Source: Patescibacteria group bacterium (GTDB lineage Bacteria > Patescibacteriota > Saccharimonadia > CAILAD01 > BJGX01). From it: a DNA stretch of 64,000 bases. The position numbers and the translations under genes are program-made. This document shows positions 30,161-39,889 of this stretch, piece by piece. The notes beneath the pieces are model-generated. The model was not told the DNA's origin. It saw nothing but the letters and a program-made list of their open reading frames with translations, and did not search any database. The stretch covers positions 15,858 to 79,857 of the forward strand of contig JAPLVO010000010.1 in assembly GCA_026397045.1 (NCBI GenBank), read 5' to 3'. Each line of letters begins with the position of its first letter. Positions within the stretch are counted from its first letter, which is position 1.

Positions 30161-31038
30161 TGGGCTGCTCCTTCGTAGTATTCATCGAATATATCTTCGA
30201 GCTTAACATCTGAAATTCTTAAATATTCCAGCTTATATTTAGATAGGTAATAGATGAGTTCATTGACATTGCCTTTATAGGCAAAGGTGATGGCGCCGGT
30301 GCCTATCGAGCCATGTTTAATATTGTGCTTTTGAAGGAACCCAGGGTTGAGCTTTTGTTTTGTTTTGATAGTGATTTGTACGCCATTAGCATCGATTATC
30401 TTTTTGACATTGTCCTTTTTAATAATTTTCCCCTCACGGATAATAGCGATATTCTTACAATATGTTTGGACTTCTTCTAGGTTGTGACTAGAGAAAAATA
30501 TAGTCGTGCCCAGCTTGTTTAGTCTTATAAGTTCAGCAAATAGAGCCTTTTGCATTATAGGATCTAGACTATTGGAGACTTCATCGAAGACAAGTAGCTT
30601 GGGTTTGTTCATCAGTGCGCAAACTATCGATACTTTCTTTTTGTTGCCAAGAGAAAGTTCAGATATTTTTTTTCTATCATCTACAAGGAACATTGTTTTG
30701 AGTTCATTAAGATAGCCCTGATCTATCTCATCGAAAAATCTACCAAAATAGTTTATTTGATCTTTAACCCTCAGGTTTTCGTACAGATTGGCTTCGCCCG
30801 GAACATAACCGATGTTCGCCTGAAATTTATTTTGTTTAATATCTTTACCGAATAACTTAATTTCCCCATCGTATGGGTTTAGCAGATTAAGCATAGTTTT
30901 TATAGTGGTAGTTTTTCCGGCACCATTAGGTCCGATGAAACCAAAGAAATCTCCATAGCTGATATCCAGATTAATATTATCTACGGCGGTTAGTTTGCCG
31001 TATTTCTTGCTGAATTGATTGATGCTGATAGCTTTCAT
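30157..31038 (-). CDS. ABC exporter ATP-binding protein
   Basis: GPNGAGKTT, LSLGNKKK, VFDE, SSH. Confidence 0.93.
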   Translation of the reverse strand: MKAISINQFSKKYGKLTAVDNINLDISYGDFFGFIGPNGAGKTTTIKTMLNLLNPYDGEIKLFGKDIKQNKFQANIGYVPGEANLYENLRVKDQINYFGRFFDEIDQGYLNELKTMFLVDDRKKISELSLGNKKKVSIVCALMNKPKLLVFDEVSNSLDPIMQKALFAELIRLNKLGTTIFFSSHNLEEVQTYCKNIAIIREGKIIKKDNVKKIIDANGVQITIKTKQKLNPGFLQKHNIKHGSIGTGAITFAYKGNVNELIYYLSKYKLEYLRISDVKLEDIFDEYYEGAAQ

Positions 31039-31132
31039 ATTTATTAACCTTAAGTATTATATTAACATGCCAGGGTAGTTAAAATAACATAAGCCCTCCA
31101 AATAAAAAACTCCCTAAAAGGAGTTCTTTATT

Positions 31133-31209
31133 TGGAGGGCCCAGTGAGACTCGAACTCACGACATGCTGCTTAAAAGGCAGCCGCTCTAACCAACTGAGC
31201 TATGGGCCC
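31133..31209 (-). tRNA. tRNA-Lys (TTT)
   Basis: Cloverleaf, loop CTTTTAA, CCA. Confidence 0.93.
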
Positions 31210-31276
31210 TCGTCGAACTATTGCTTAAGTTTATGTAAAATTAGTATAAACTAATTTACTTCAACCACCGCAACAG

Positions 31277-31428
31277 TTCTCCTCTCGATGTAACAAACAG
31301 AATTTAAGGTCTTGGTTTGTTCCATCGTAGAAAAGGTAAACCTTCAAAAGCTTGCACCAGCGCTTTATTTCTCGTCTCGATTTACGAAACAGACTTGGGG
31401 TCTTGGTTTCATAAATCGTTTAAGAAAA
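31277..31428 (-). repeat. Two copies of a bulged hairpin motif in the tRNA-Lys leader (cores 31286-31327, 31378-31418)
   Basis: CGAT-N5-AAACCAAGA-loop-TCTGTTT-N5-ATCGAG on the minus strand; third copy at 46770-46810. Confidence 0.75.
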
Positions 31429-31577
31429 ATAATCTAAAAAAAGTTTAGGAGCGTATATTTTAAGCTATTATGTATCTTTTATAACCTCAACATTATAAGT
31501 TTTATGTAATAATAAATCAATATCTGTACAGCCCTCATGCTTGGCCGCAACGAGCTTAAGCCGATAGAGTAGAGATT

Positions 31578-33008
31578 ATGCGAAGGCCAACTATAATAAT
31601 ATTATCCTGCATGAGCTTCATAGCTGGAACTATAGTTGGCTATAATTTTTTGTTCAGCCCTAACTTTTGGTGGACTGTATTCTGTATCTTTTCTGCGTTG
31701 GCCAGTCTGCTATTGTCGCGCAGATTAAAGTTTATACCGATTGTCCTATGCGGCGCTGTTCTGGGGCTGGCAATCATAACATATCAGCAAAACTATATAT
31801 CGCAATATGGCCTTTCGGGGTCGACCTACAAAAAGCTAGAGATTTCAGGGGATGTTAAGGGCGACCCCTATTGGGACAAAGATAGAAATTATGTTTTTAC
31901 ATTAACAAATCTTAATGTCGATGGATCTAGTAGGGTGGGCGATGTACGTATAAAAACATTTTCATCGGCCGTAAAAGAGGGCTATAGGGTAACGGTGGTC
32001 GGTAAGATATTCCCGATTATGGCTAAGCCAGGCTATCAAATAAGTTATGGCACAGTAAAGATCGCATCATTTAATCAGCCAGTAATGGTGATGGCCAAGC
32101 AGTTGTTCTATTCTGGGATAGATAGATCTCTCGAGGAATCCCCAGCCGGCTTTCTCAAGGGTATCCTAGTTGGAGCTAGGAGCTCATTGCCTCTACCCCT
32201 ACAGCAAACATTAAATGAAGTAGGCCTCTCGCATATTGTTGCGGTATCTGGGTATAACCTAACAATATTGGTGGTAATTCTCCAAAGACTATTAAAAAAG
32301 CGCTGGCTTTGGGCGAGCTTAATAATATCGCTCGCACTTGTCTGGAGCTTTACGATTCTAACAGGAGCCTCAGCTTCTATTTTGCGAGCTGCAGTAATGG
32401 CCACAGTGTTTTTGATAGCCAGCTACTATGGCCGGCCGTTGAGTGTTTTTACATGTATAAGTATTACCGCGGCTATAACATTATTAATTAATCCATCCTC
32501 TGCGGTAGAGGACATAGGCTGGCAATTATCATTTTTATCACTCACCGGGATAGTGGTACTGGCCCCAATTATAACTACCATACTTCCCAAAAAGACCCCA
32601 TTACTTAGCGATCTTGTGGCTGTTACTTTTGCCGCTCAAATTGCTACCGTTCCGTATTTACTATACTTATTCGGTAGCTACTCTATTGCCTCAATTATAT
32701 CTAATATGGTACTAATGCCCATCATTCCGCTAATGATGTTGGCCGGCTTTCTTATCGCTATTGTGGGTATACTAGCCCCTAGCTGGGGGTATATATTGGC
32801 GAGTCCACTGGCAAAGCTGATAAGTATTATCTTCGATTTCTTACAATATTTACAGTCTCAAAAGGGGTTAATAGTGGTTGTAAGACCGCAGACCTATGTA
32901 TTAGTTATATGGTACCTACTTATTTGTATACTTGGGGCTATAGTCTATCACCACAATCTCGATACCAGCCTTGCATCTTTCCAAATGCCAGATCGCTTGG
33001 TAAAATAA
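31578..33008 (+). CDS. comEC: ComEC/Rec2 competence channel (no MBL domain)
   Basis: GLSHIVAVSGYN, ASILRA, GWQLSF motifs. Confidence 0.92.
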   Translation: MRRPTIIILSCMSFIAGTIVGYNFLFSPNFWWTVFCIFSALASLLLSRRLKFIPIVLCGAVLGLAIITYQQNYISQYGLSGSTYKKLEISGDVKGDPYWDKDRNYVFTLTNLNVDGSSRVGDVRIKTFSSAVKEGYRVTVVGKIFPIMAKPGYQISYGTVKIASFNQPVMVMAKQLFYSGIDRSLEESPAGFLKGILVGARSSLPLPLQQTLNEVGLSHIVAVSGYNLTILVVILQRLLKKRWLWASLIISLALVWSFTILTGASASILRAAVMATVFLIASYYGRPLSVFTCISITAAITLLINPSSAVEDIGWQLSFLSLTGIVVLAPIITTILPKKTPLLSDLVAVTFAAQIATVPYLLYLFGSYSIASIISNMVLMPIIPLMMLAGFLIAIVGILAPSWGYILASPLAKLISIIFDFLQYLQSQKGLIVVVRPQTYVLVIWYLLICILGAIVYHHNLDTSLASFQMPDRLVK

Positions 33009-33041
33009 CACCATTCTAATCTGTTAACAGAAAGGCTTACA

Positions 33042-33779
33042 ATGTCAGGACATAGCAAATGGGCCAGCATTAAACATAAAAAGGGTGCTACAGATGCAAA
33101 GCGCGGTAAGATTTTTACTAAAATGGCTGCCGAAATCGCACTTGCCGCACAGGGTGGCGCTGATCCTACGATGAACTTCAAGCTTAGGTTGGCTATTCAG
33201 AAGGCCAAGTCTGCGAATGTTCCGGCCGGCAATATCGAGCGGGCAATTGCCAAGGGTAGCGGGCAGGGTGGGGCCGCCAAGCTAGAGGAACTGTTGTATG
33301 AGGGGTACGGACCAGCCGGCGTGGCGATTATGGTTAAGGCTCTAACTGATAATCATAACCGCACCGGACCAGATGTTAAATCGACCTTCACCAAGCACGG
33401 TGGCAATCTTGGCTCGCAGGGCTCAGTGGCTTATATGTTTGAGCAAAAAGGTGTAATCGTATGCAGGCCAAATATCGACAATGACAGTGCAGAGCTCAGC
33501 GCAATCGATGCCGGCGCCGATGATATCGACGATAGCGGCGATCAGCTCGTGGTGCTAACTTCGCCAGGCAAGCTCGAGGCGGTGCGTGATGCAATCGGCG
33601 AAGACAATGTTGAGAGTGCTGAAGTACAGCAAACACCCAGCCAGAGCGTGATGGTCGACGACGAGTCTAAGGCCAAGACTCTACTAAACCTCATAGACTC
33701 ACTCGAGGATCTAGACGATGTGATAGAGGTTACAGGCAATTTTGACATTCCCGAAGACATATTGAATAAATTGCAATGA
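33042..33779 (+). CDS. yebC: YebC/PmpR family protein
   Basis: MSGHSKWASIKHKK, YEGYGPAG, TDNHNRT. Confidence 0.96.
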   Translation: MSGHSKWASIKHKKGATDAKRGKIFTKMAAEIALAAQGGADPTMNFKLRLAIQKAKSANVPAGNIERAIAKGSGQGGAAKLEELLYEGYGPAGVAIMVKALTDNHNRTGPDVKSTFTKHGGNLGSQGSVAYMFEQKGVIVCRPNIDNDSAELSAIDAGADDIDDSGDQLVVLTSPGKLEAVRDAIGEDNVESAEVQQTPSQSVMVDDESKAKTLLNLIDSLEDLDDVIEVTGNFDIPEDILNKLQ

Positions 33780-34246
33780 AGATTTTAGGTGTGGACCCGG
33801 GTACTGCGACAACCGGCTTTGGTCTAATAAACAAGGTCGGCCATAAGCTCAGCTTACTAGATTGTGGGGTAATTTTGACTTCTAAGGATTTAGAAATGCC
33901 GAACCGACTTAAGATAATATATGATGACCTAGCTCAGCTAGTGGCTCATCATAAACCCGATGCGATAGCGGTTGAGAAATTATTTTTTACAAATAATATC
34001 ACTACAGCTATGACCGTAAGCCAAGCTAGAGGCATAATATTGCTCGTTGCCTCTCAAAATAATGTGCCAATCGCCGAATACACCCCCCTGCAAGTCAAGA
34101 TGTCGGCCACTGGATATGGTAAGGCGACAAAAAAACAAGTCCAGGAAATGGTAAAAAAAATTCTTAAACTTAATGTTATCCCGAAGCCCGATGATGCAGC
34201 AGATGCCATAGCAATTGCAATTTGCCATGGGGCAAATATAGCTTGA
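33776..34246 (+). CDS. ruvC: Holliday junction resolvase RuvC
   Basis: ILGVDPG, VEKLFF, QARG, EYTP.QVK, DDAADA. Confidence 0.96.
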   Translation: MKILGVDPGTATTGFGLINKVGHKLSLLDCGVILTSKDLEMPNRLKIIYDDLAQLVAHHKPDAIAVEKLFFTNNITTAMTVSQARGIILLVASQNNVPIAEYTPLQVKMSATGYGKATKKQVQEMVKKILKLNVIPKPDDAADAIAIAICHGANIA

Positions 34247-34277
34247 CCATCTTGGGTCTCTACATCATACTTAGCAC

Positions 34278-34727
34278 ATGGACGCAATTACTATTTTTGG
34301 GACACTCTCACTATTTATACCCTTTGCCCTTATAGCCTTAATCGTATATTTGGCAGTTAATTTTTCTAAGCCCAATTTCTCTTTACTACGCAATATGATC
34401 ATCACCACCACCATACTGTCCGCACTATTTAGCGGCGTTACAGCCTTTTATTATTTTCCAACAGAAGTACTAGGCTCTACAGAAGGTTCTCTTAGCTTTG
34501 GTATAAGAGTTGCTTTCGGGGTGGCAGTTATAATATCAGGCCTGTTCTTGAGAAATGGCATACAGAAGTATTTCTTACTGGTATTTGGCCTCATACTGTT
34601 GGCTCTGCAGGCGCCATACATATTTGATAATTTTGGCACTTTGGGCGCATTATTTGTTGTGATAATGGCATTTGTAGCCTTAACTGGGGTGACGGTATGG
34701 CTTACAATGAGGCCAAAACATGAATAG
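34278..34727 (+). CDS. Hypothetical membrane protein
   Basis: Five hydrophobic segments. Confidence 0.65.
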   Translation: MDAITIFGTLSLFIPFALIALIVYLAVNFSKPNFSLLRNMIITTTILSALFSGVTAFYYFPTEVLGSTEGSLSFGIRVAFGVAVIISGLFLRNGIQKYFLLVFGLILLALQAPYIFDNFGTLGALFVVIMAFVALTGVTVWLTMRPKHE

Positions 34728-35409
34728 ATTCGTCAAAATTATTCTTGCCATCGCTATAGGCATTATGTACCCAGTACTAATATTCACCCTATCTTTAAAT
34801 CTTTTCCCGGACATAAAGCCGCAACCTAACAGTGCCAATGATAATACATTCCAGGATACATTCGAGGAATGCGATGCCATACGCCGGGTTGAAAACGCAC
34901 CCAAAAATAATTATAAATATAATAGCGATGAATACGATAATTGCATTAGAGTCGGAGACGAAAAGCGTGATGCCCTCGTCAAGGCCGAAAACGCGCTCAA
35001 AAATAATGTGGTAATAAATAGGATTAACCTCGCTCTTGTATCAGCCTTGATAGGCTTTACTTTGGTTATTGTCCTGAGCTCAGTTTCACCGTTAGCCGCT
35101 GGTATGTCTGGTGGATCGATGATGATTATAATTATATCCACGGGCCTTGCATTAAGTGTAAAATCAAATGGTAATCTTGGCCCTCTACCGGTCGCATTGT
35201 TTACCACCTGCTTTGCTTTCCTAGTTGTAGTTTTGTTTATGATAGATACCAAGTTTCCCAGGCTCAATAAACCCGAGGCGAGCAAAGATATGAACAACAC
35301 AGCACCGTATGCCAATCAAAGCCCGGCTGATTCCCCGCAGGTAAGTAGCAGTACAACTCATGAGCTAAAAGAGACTATAATTCCTCCAGAAAAACCCGAA
35401 GCCAAATAG
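34720..35409 (+). CDS. Hypothetical membrane protein
   Basis: TM, loop with two Cys, three more TMs; overlaps upstream stop. Confidence 0.65.
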   Translation: MNRFVKIILAIAIGIMYPVLIFTLSLNLFPDIKPQPNSANDNTFQDTFEECDAIRRVENAPKNNYKYNSDEYDNCIRVGDEKRDALVKAENALKNNVVINRINLALVSALIGFTLVIVLSSVSPLAAGMSGGSMMIIIISTGLALSVKSNGNLGPLPVALFTTCFAFLVVVLFMIDTKFPRLNKPEASKDMNNTAPYANQSPADSPQVSSSTTHELKETIIPPEKPEAK

Positions 35410-35442
35410 GCTACCCGTGCCTTGTTGAAATTATCTACCAAA

Positions 35443-35477
35443 ATATGTTCGGCATATGTTTAATCTACTGTTATAAT
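35443..35477 (+). promoter_or_regulatory. ruvAB promoter with candidate LexA site
   Basis: ATATGTTCGGC-ATATGTTT 11-bp-period repeat, then TGnTATAAT 7 nt before ATG. Confidence 0.55.
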
Positions 35478-35484
35478 TATCGGT

Positions 35485-36042
35485 ATGATAGCCAAAATAA
35501 CAGGTGAAGTAGAAGATAAATTGCCCCAAGGTGTTGTCGTCGGAGTCGGCGGAATAGGCTATGAAGTTGTGGTACCGAGTAACTATTTGTTGGGGATATC
35601 TATAGGGGATAGAGTTAGCTTCCATATCGCCGAGAATATCAAAGAAGATGAATACACTTTATTCGGCTTTCCCGATATATCTTCAAAAACAATATACTAT
35701 AAGCTCAGGAGCGTAAACGGTATTGGGCCAAAGGCGGCAATTGCAATATTGTCGGCCAACAATGCTCAGCAAATACAAGATGCAATTATTAAGGACGATA
35801 TCATGGTGTTTAGTAGTGTAGCAGGTGTAGGCAAAAAAACTGCCCAGAGAATAATCCTAGAATTAAAGGGCAAATTAGTGGAGGCCGAAACTTCTGGATC
35901 AAACCCTGAAGATCAGGCATATCTTGCCCTCATAAGCCTAGGTTTTTCCGCTAAAGACGCCAGTACTGCGCTAAGAGGTGTGAACACAGAATTATCTACC
36001 CAGGATAGGATTAAACTAGCCCTAAAAGGTGCAACAAAGTGA
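35485..36042 (+). CDS. ruvA: Holliday junction branch migration protein RuvA
   Basis: GGIGYEV, LFGF, VNGIGPKAA, GVGKKTAQRIILELKGK. Confidence 0.96.
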   Translation: MIAKITGEVEDKLPQGVVVGVGGIGYEVVVPSNYLLGISIGDRVSFHIAENIKEDEYTLFGFPDISSKTIYYKLRSVNGIGPKAAIAILSANNAQQIQDAIIKDDIMVFSSVAGVGKKTAQRIILELKGKLVEAETSGSNPEDQAYLALISLGFSAKDASTALRGVNTELSTQDRIKLALKGATK

Positions 36043-37058
36043 TAGAGCGCCAAGAACAGCTCGCCCACCCTGCCAAAGAAGTTGCCCAGGAAGCTGTGTT
36101 CGAGTTATCCCTGAGGCCTAAAACATTCCAACAGTACATTGGGCAAGAACAGATTAAAAAAGCTCTTAAAGTGGCTATTGAGGCTACAAAAAAGCGTAAT
36201 GAAGCGCTCGACCATATTTTGCTATACGGGCCACCCGGGCTAGGCAAAACTACCCTTGCTCATGTTATCGCCAACGAGCTTGATGGTAATTTGAGGGTAA
36301 CGAGTGGACCCGCTGTAGAAAAAGCCGCCGATCTAGCATCCCTACTCACTAGCCTGGAGGATGGAGATATATTATTCATCGATGAGATACATCGGCTCCC
36401 CAGGAATGTAGAAGAGATTCTATACTCTGCGATGGAGGATTATGTTATAGATATAATGCTAGGAAAAGGCCCTTCAGCTCAAAACCTACGCCTTGATCTG
36501 CCCAAATTCACTCTGATTGGCGCTACCACACGCTATGGAGCATTATCATCGCCGTTGCGCGATAGGTTTGGTATTGTTAATAGGCTTAACTATTATCTGG
36601 AGGAGGAAATAGAGGAAATTATCGCTCGCTCTGCGAAGTTAATGGATATACAGATCGGCAATGATGCCCTGGCAAAGATGTCTCGTCGTTCAAGGCTAAC
36701 TCCCAGAATAGCCAATCGGCTTCTAAAGCGCGTGAGGGATTGGGCTCAAGTACACGGCGATAATACTATAAATACCCTGGCGCTAGAAGGCACACTGGCT
36801 ATTCTCGAGATAGACAGCAAGGGTCTCGATCAGTCTGATCGGCGGATATTAGACACAGTTATTAGTAAATACTCGGGTGGTCCGGTTGGGGTCAGCGCTA
36901 TAGCTGCCGCTTCTGGAGAAGAGCGCCAAACTATTGAGGATGTTAATGAGCCCTATTTGATACAGCTTGGATTCCTGGAGAGAACTAGCCGAGGCCGCAA
37001 GGTCACGAAGAGTGGCTATTTGCACCTTGGGCTGGAGCCCCCAGAAGATACTTCATAA
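36039..37058 (+). CDS. ruvB: Holliday junction helicase RuvB
   Basis: LRP, GPPGLGKTT, DEIHR, GATTR, TPRIANRLL. Confidence 0.97.
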   Translation: MIERQEQLAHPAKEVAQEAVFELSLRPKTFQQYIGQEQIKKALKVAIEATKKRNEALDHILLYGPPGLGKTTLAHVIANELDGNLRVTSGPAVEKAADLASLLTSLEDGDILFIDEIHRLPRNVEEILYSAMEDYVIDIMLGKGPSAQNLRLDLPKFTLIGATTRYGALSSPLRDRFGIVNRLNYYLEEEIEEIIARSAKLMDIQIGNDALAKMSRRSRLTPRIANRLLKRVRDWAQVHGDNTINTLALEGTLAILEIDSKGLDQSDRRILDTVISKYSGGPVGVSAIAAASGEERQTIEDVNEPYLIQLGFLERTSRGRKVTKSGYLHLGLEPPEDTS

Positions 37059-37086
37059 GATGAGCTTATTAGGATAAAATATTAGT

Positions 37087-37659
37087 ATGAAACAAATGAT
37101 TCCAAATAAAATAACTTATCCTGGCCAGCCAGAAGGGGAGATTACCCAAAGGGTGGTGTATAAAAGCATTATGACTATTGGGCCAATACTGGCCGCTATG
37201 GCCCTAGTATTATTGGGGTATATAGTAGTCGTAATAGCTTACGATAAGAACTCAGCCCAGATAAATGCCATTATACCTAAGGGCTTTATTAGCGTCCTAG
37301 GCTTTTTACTAATTGGGTCTGTAGTATTTTTACTACTTGGAACGGTCTGGATTTGGCGTCGTAATAAGATAATTATAACCAACTCTCATGTTGTAGATAT
37401 GGATCAAATTGGGCTTTTTAATATGTCTCTATCGACTCTGAGCCTATATGAGATACAAGATATCAAGTCTAGTATCAAAGGGCCCATCCAGACATTTCTA
37501 AATTATGGAACTGTTGTGATCCAGACTGCTGGAGAGACAGAGAATTTTGTATTCGATTTTATAGCAGATCCAAATGAACTAAAGCAGTATATCTTGTCGG
37601 CTCGAAAAATATTCTACTCTTCTAAGGCCGTCCAGAAATCCACCAATACAATAGTTTAA
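37087..37659 (+). CDS. Membrane protein with bacterial PH-like domain
   Basis: Two TMs then IITN....Q.GLF, IQDI, NYGTVVIQTAG. Confidence 0.8.
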   Translation: MKQMIPNKITYPGQPEGEITQRVVYKSIMTIGPILAAMALVLLGYIVVVIAYDKNSAQINAIIPKGFISVLGFLLIGSVVFLLLGTVWIWRRNKIIITNSHVVDMDQIGLFNMSLSTLSLYEIQDIKSSIKGPIQTFLNYGTVVIQTAGETENFVFDFIADPNELKQYILSARKIFYSSKAVQKSTNTIV

Positions 37660-38087
37660 TTTGTGCTAGTGACTCTATAAATACCCTTAGCCTGGTCACT
37701 ACCTAAAGTCTTGAGGTCTTTATCATTTTTGTTCTCTAGTTCGGCGTCTAGATAGAAGCTACTAGGGGGAGTGCCACTAACCACATAAATGTAGTCATTC
37801 CCTGATTTTGGGTCTTTGGGCAGTTTCTTGATAAATGGCACAGCGCCACTTTCTAGCTCTGCAAGAGTTGCTGGGTATGAGCCCTTTTCAGTGTAGTAGT
37901 TTTCTAATGAAGACTTGATTACCCTCAAATCGCTCTTGCGTGAAGAATCGCGAGCCCTAGATGGCCCGCTAACTAGCCCTGGTACTATAAGAACCGCAAA
38001 AAACCCAACCACAATAGCCACAACCACTACATCTAATATCGTGAAGCCAGCCGGCTTATTTGAGAATCTTTGTTTCAATGAAAACAT
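37656..38087 (-). CDS. Type IV pilin / GspG-like pseudopilin
   Basis: G|FTILD prepilin motif, ARDSSRKSDL, LENYY...GSYP, LPKDP. Confidence 0.88.
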   Translation of the reverse strand: MFSLKQRFSNKPAGFTILDVVVVAIVVGFFAVLIVPGLVSGPSRARDSSRKSDLRVIKSSLENYYTEKGSYPATLAELESGAVPFIKKLPKDPKSGNDYIYVVSGTPPSSFYLDAELENKNDKDLKTLGSDQAKGIYRVTSTN

Positions 38088-38184
38088 GATACAGCTATTG
38101 TATAACCCTTATGATTTATAGGTCAATAGCAGTTTTATTTTTGCTATGCTTTACATTTTACTTTGATAGACCTATCATGTCGCC

Positions 38185-39468
38185 ATGAAGCATATAATAA
38201 TATCATTGATAGTAGTTATGACGGTAGTTGTAATGATGCCATCTAGAGCTCTATCAGCCTCTAAGCCAGTACTGATTAGTGAGGTTCAGACTGGCTCTTT
38301 GATATCCGCAGGGGAAGAGTTCATCGAGATTTTCAATAGTAGCACCTCAGCCATAGATGTAACTGGCTGGAGCCTTTATTACCGATCGGCTACCGGCGTT
38401 GTATGGTCCAAGAAAGGTACTATAGCGTCTGGCAGTGTAGATCCTGGAGATTTTTGGGTCTTGGCGGCCAACACTGTGGGTAATAGCCCGTTTACTAGCG
38501 GCCTAGCACAAAGTGGGGGTAGTATTGAGCTTAGGGACAAACAAGGCGCAGCAGTGGATCAGTTTGGCTGGGGTACGGCAAATACTGCACTTATAACTCC
38601 CGGAAGTGAATCGAAGCCTGGCGAGAGCATGTATCGTTTGTATGATTTTGGCTTAAAGGAAATGGTAAATAGTGATAATAATTTCGCTGATTTTGATATA
38701 TCTAATTCCCCAACACCTGGCATGGCTCCAGCTCAGGAAATAATAGAAGTAGAGGAGCCAGTACAAACATACCCTAACTTAGAGCTAAGCGAACTATTCC
38801 CTGATCCAGTCTCACCTTTAAGTGATGCGAGCGATGAGTTTATCGAGATATACAACCCCACAGCAGAGGCCGTAGATCTTTCGGGCTGGAAACTAAGAGA
38901 TGAATCGGGGGGAGAATACTTAATAAAAGGCAAGACAATCCTGGCATATGGCAGGATAGCAATAATGTCGAGCGAATCAAAGATTACACTTAACAATACA
39001 GGGGACATAATACTTCTGATCGACCCTAACGATAAAGTGGCTGATGAATCTAGCAATTATGGAGCAGCTGAAGAAGGCTTAGGCTGGACAAAGCAAGCTG
39101 GACAATGGCAGTGGAGCATCAGCCCGACTCCTGGTGCAGCTAATTCCGCCATATATATAGATAGCTCTCTTAGCCCCGCCTCATCTGTTGCAAACATTAA
39201 GAAGTCATCAACCAAAAAACCGTCTTCAAAAACTATAACCAAAGCCAAGGCCAAAGCCAAAGCTAAGACCAAGATAAGCAAATTGAAGGCATCACCAAAT
39301 AGTAGCTCCAATCCAGCGTCGTACCCTACCGATGCTAATAAAACGCCAGCTTCAGGTTTGTGGCCCTGGTTGCTTGTATCGCTAGGAATCGCTACCATAG
39401 GTTATGGAATATATGAATACAGAACAGAAATTCAGCTTCAATTCAAAAAACTTAGATCAAAGTTTTAA
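38185..39468 (+). CDS. Surface protein with two lamin-tail domains and C-terminal TM
   Basis: ISEV...EFIEIFN...DVTGW and LSEL...DEFIEIYN...DLSGW; SPTPG motifs. Confidence 0.85.
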   Translation: MKHIIISLIVVMTVVVMMPSRALSASKPVLISEVQTGSLISAGEEFIEIFNSSTSAIDVTGWSLYYRSATGVVWSKKGTIASGSVDPGDFWVLAANTVGNSPFTSGLAQSGGSIELRDKQGAAVDQFGWGTANTALITPGSESKPGESMYRLYDFGLKEMVNSDNNFADFDISNSPTPGMAPAQEIIEVEEPVQTYPNLELSELFPDPVSPLSDASDEFIEIYNPTAEAVDLSGWKLRDESGGEYLIKGKTILAYGRIAIMSSESKITLNNTGDIILLIDPNDKVADESSNYGAAEEGLGWTKQAGQWQWSISPTPGAANSAIYIDSSLSPASSVANIKKSSTKKPSSKTITKAKAKAKAKTKISKLKASPNSSSNPASYPTDANKTPASGLWPWLLVSLGIATIGYGIYEYRTEIQLQFKKLRSKF

Positions 39469-39889
39469 TCTCGGAACTAAGCTAGCCAAATTAATCCATC
39501 CGCCAATTCTTATTGAATTAGTCGGTGATCTTGGCGGTGGAAAGACCGCACTCGTAAAGGCAATTGCCAAAGGCCTAGGTATAACTCAGACAGTCACTAG
39601 CCCTACATTTAATATTCATCGGGGTTACGAAGCACCCTCTGGAATTCGCTTAGAGCACTTCGACCTGTACAGATTAAACGACGATGAAATCGTAGAAAAC
39701 GAACTGCAAGATAGTCTTGCCAGCTCAAATACGATAGTCTGTACCGAATGGGCTAATCATTTCAGTAAGAATATGGCAGAAGATAGGCTAATGTTGGAGT
39801 GCCACTATATAGACGATAATACGCGGCGCTATGACTTTACCTCAACCGGGCCGATATCTTCCAAGATAATAAACGGACTTAAGCAATGA
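39413..39889 (+). CDS. tsaE: t6A biosynthesis ATPase TsaE
   Basis: GDLGGGKT, VTSPTF, HFDLYRL, EW. Confidence 0.93.
   Translation: MNTEQKFSFNSKNLDQSFNLGTKLAKLIHPPILIELVGDLGGGKTALVKAIAKGLGITQTVTSPTFNIHRGYEAPSGIRLEHFDLYRLNDDEIVENELQDSLASSNTIVCTEWANHFSKNMAEDRLMLECHYIDDNTRRYDFTSTGPISSKIINGLKQ

Noticed and set aside
31277-31428. CRISPR array, attC sites or T-box
   Set aside because: Only two diverged adjacent copies, no cas or integrase, no RYYYAAC/GTTRRRY ends, no T-box antiterminator consensus.
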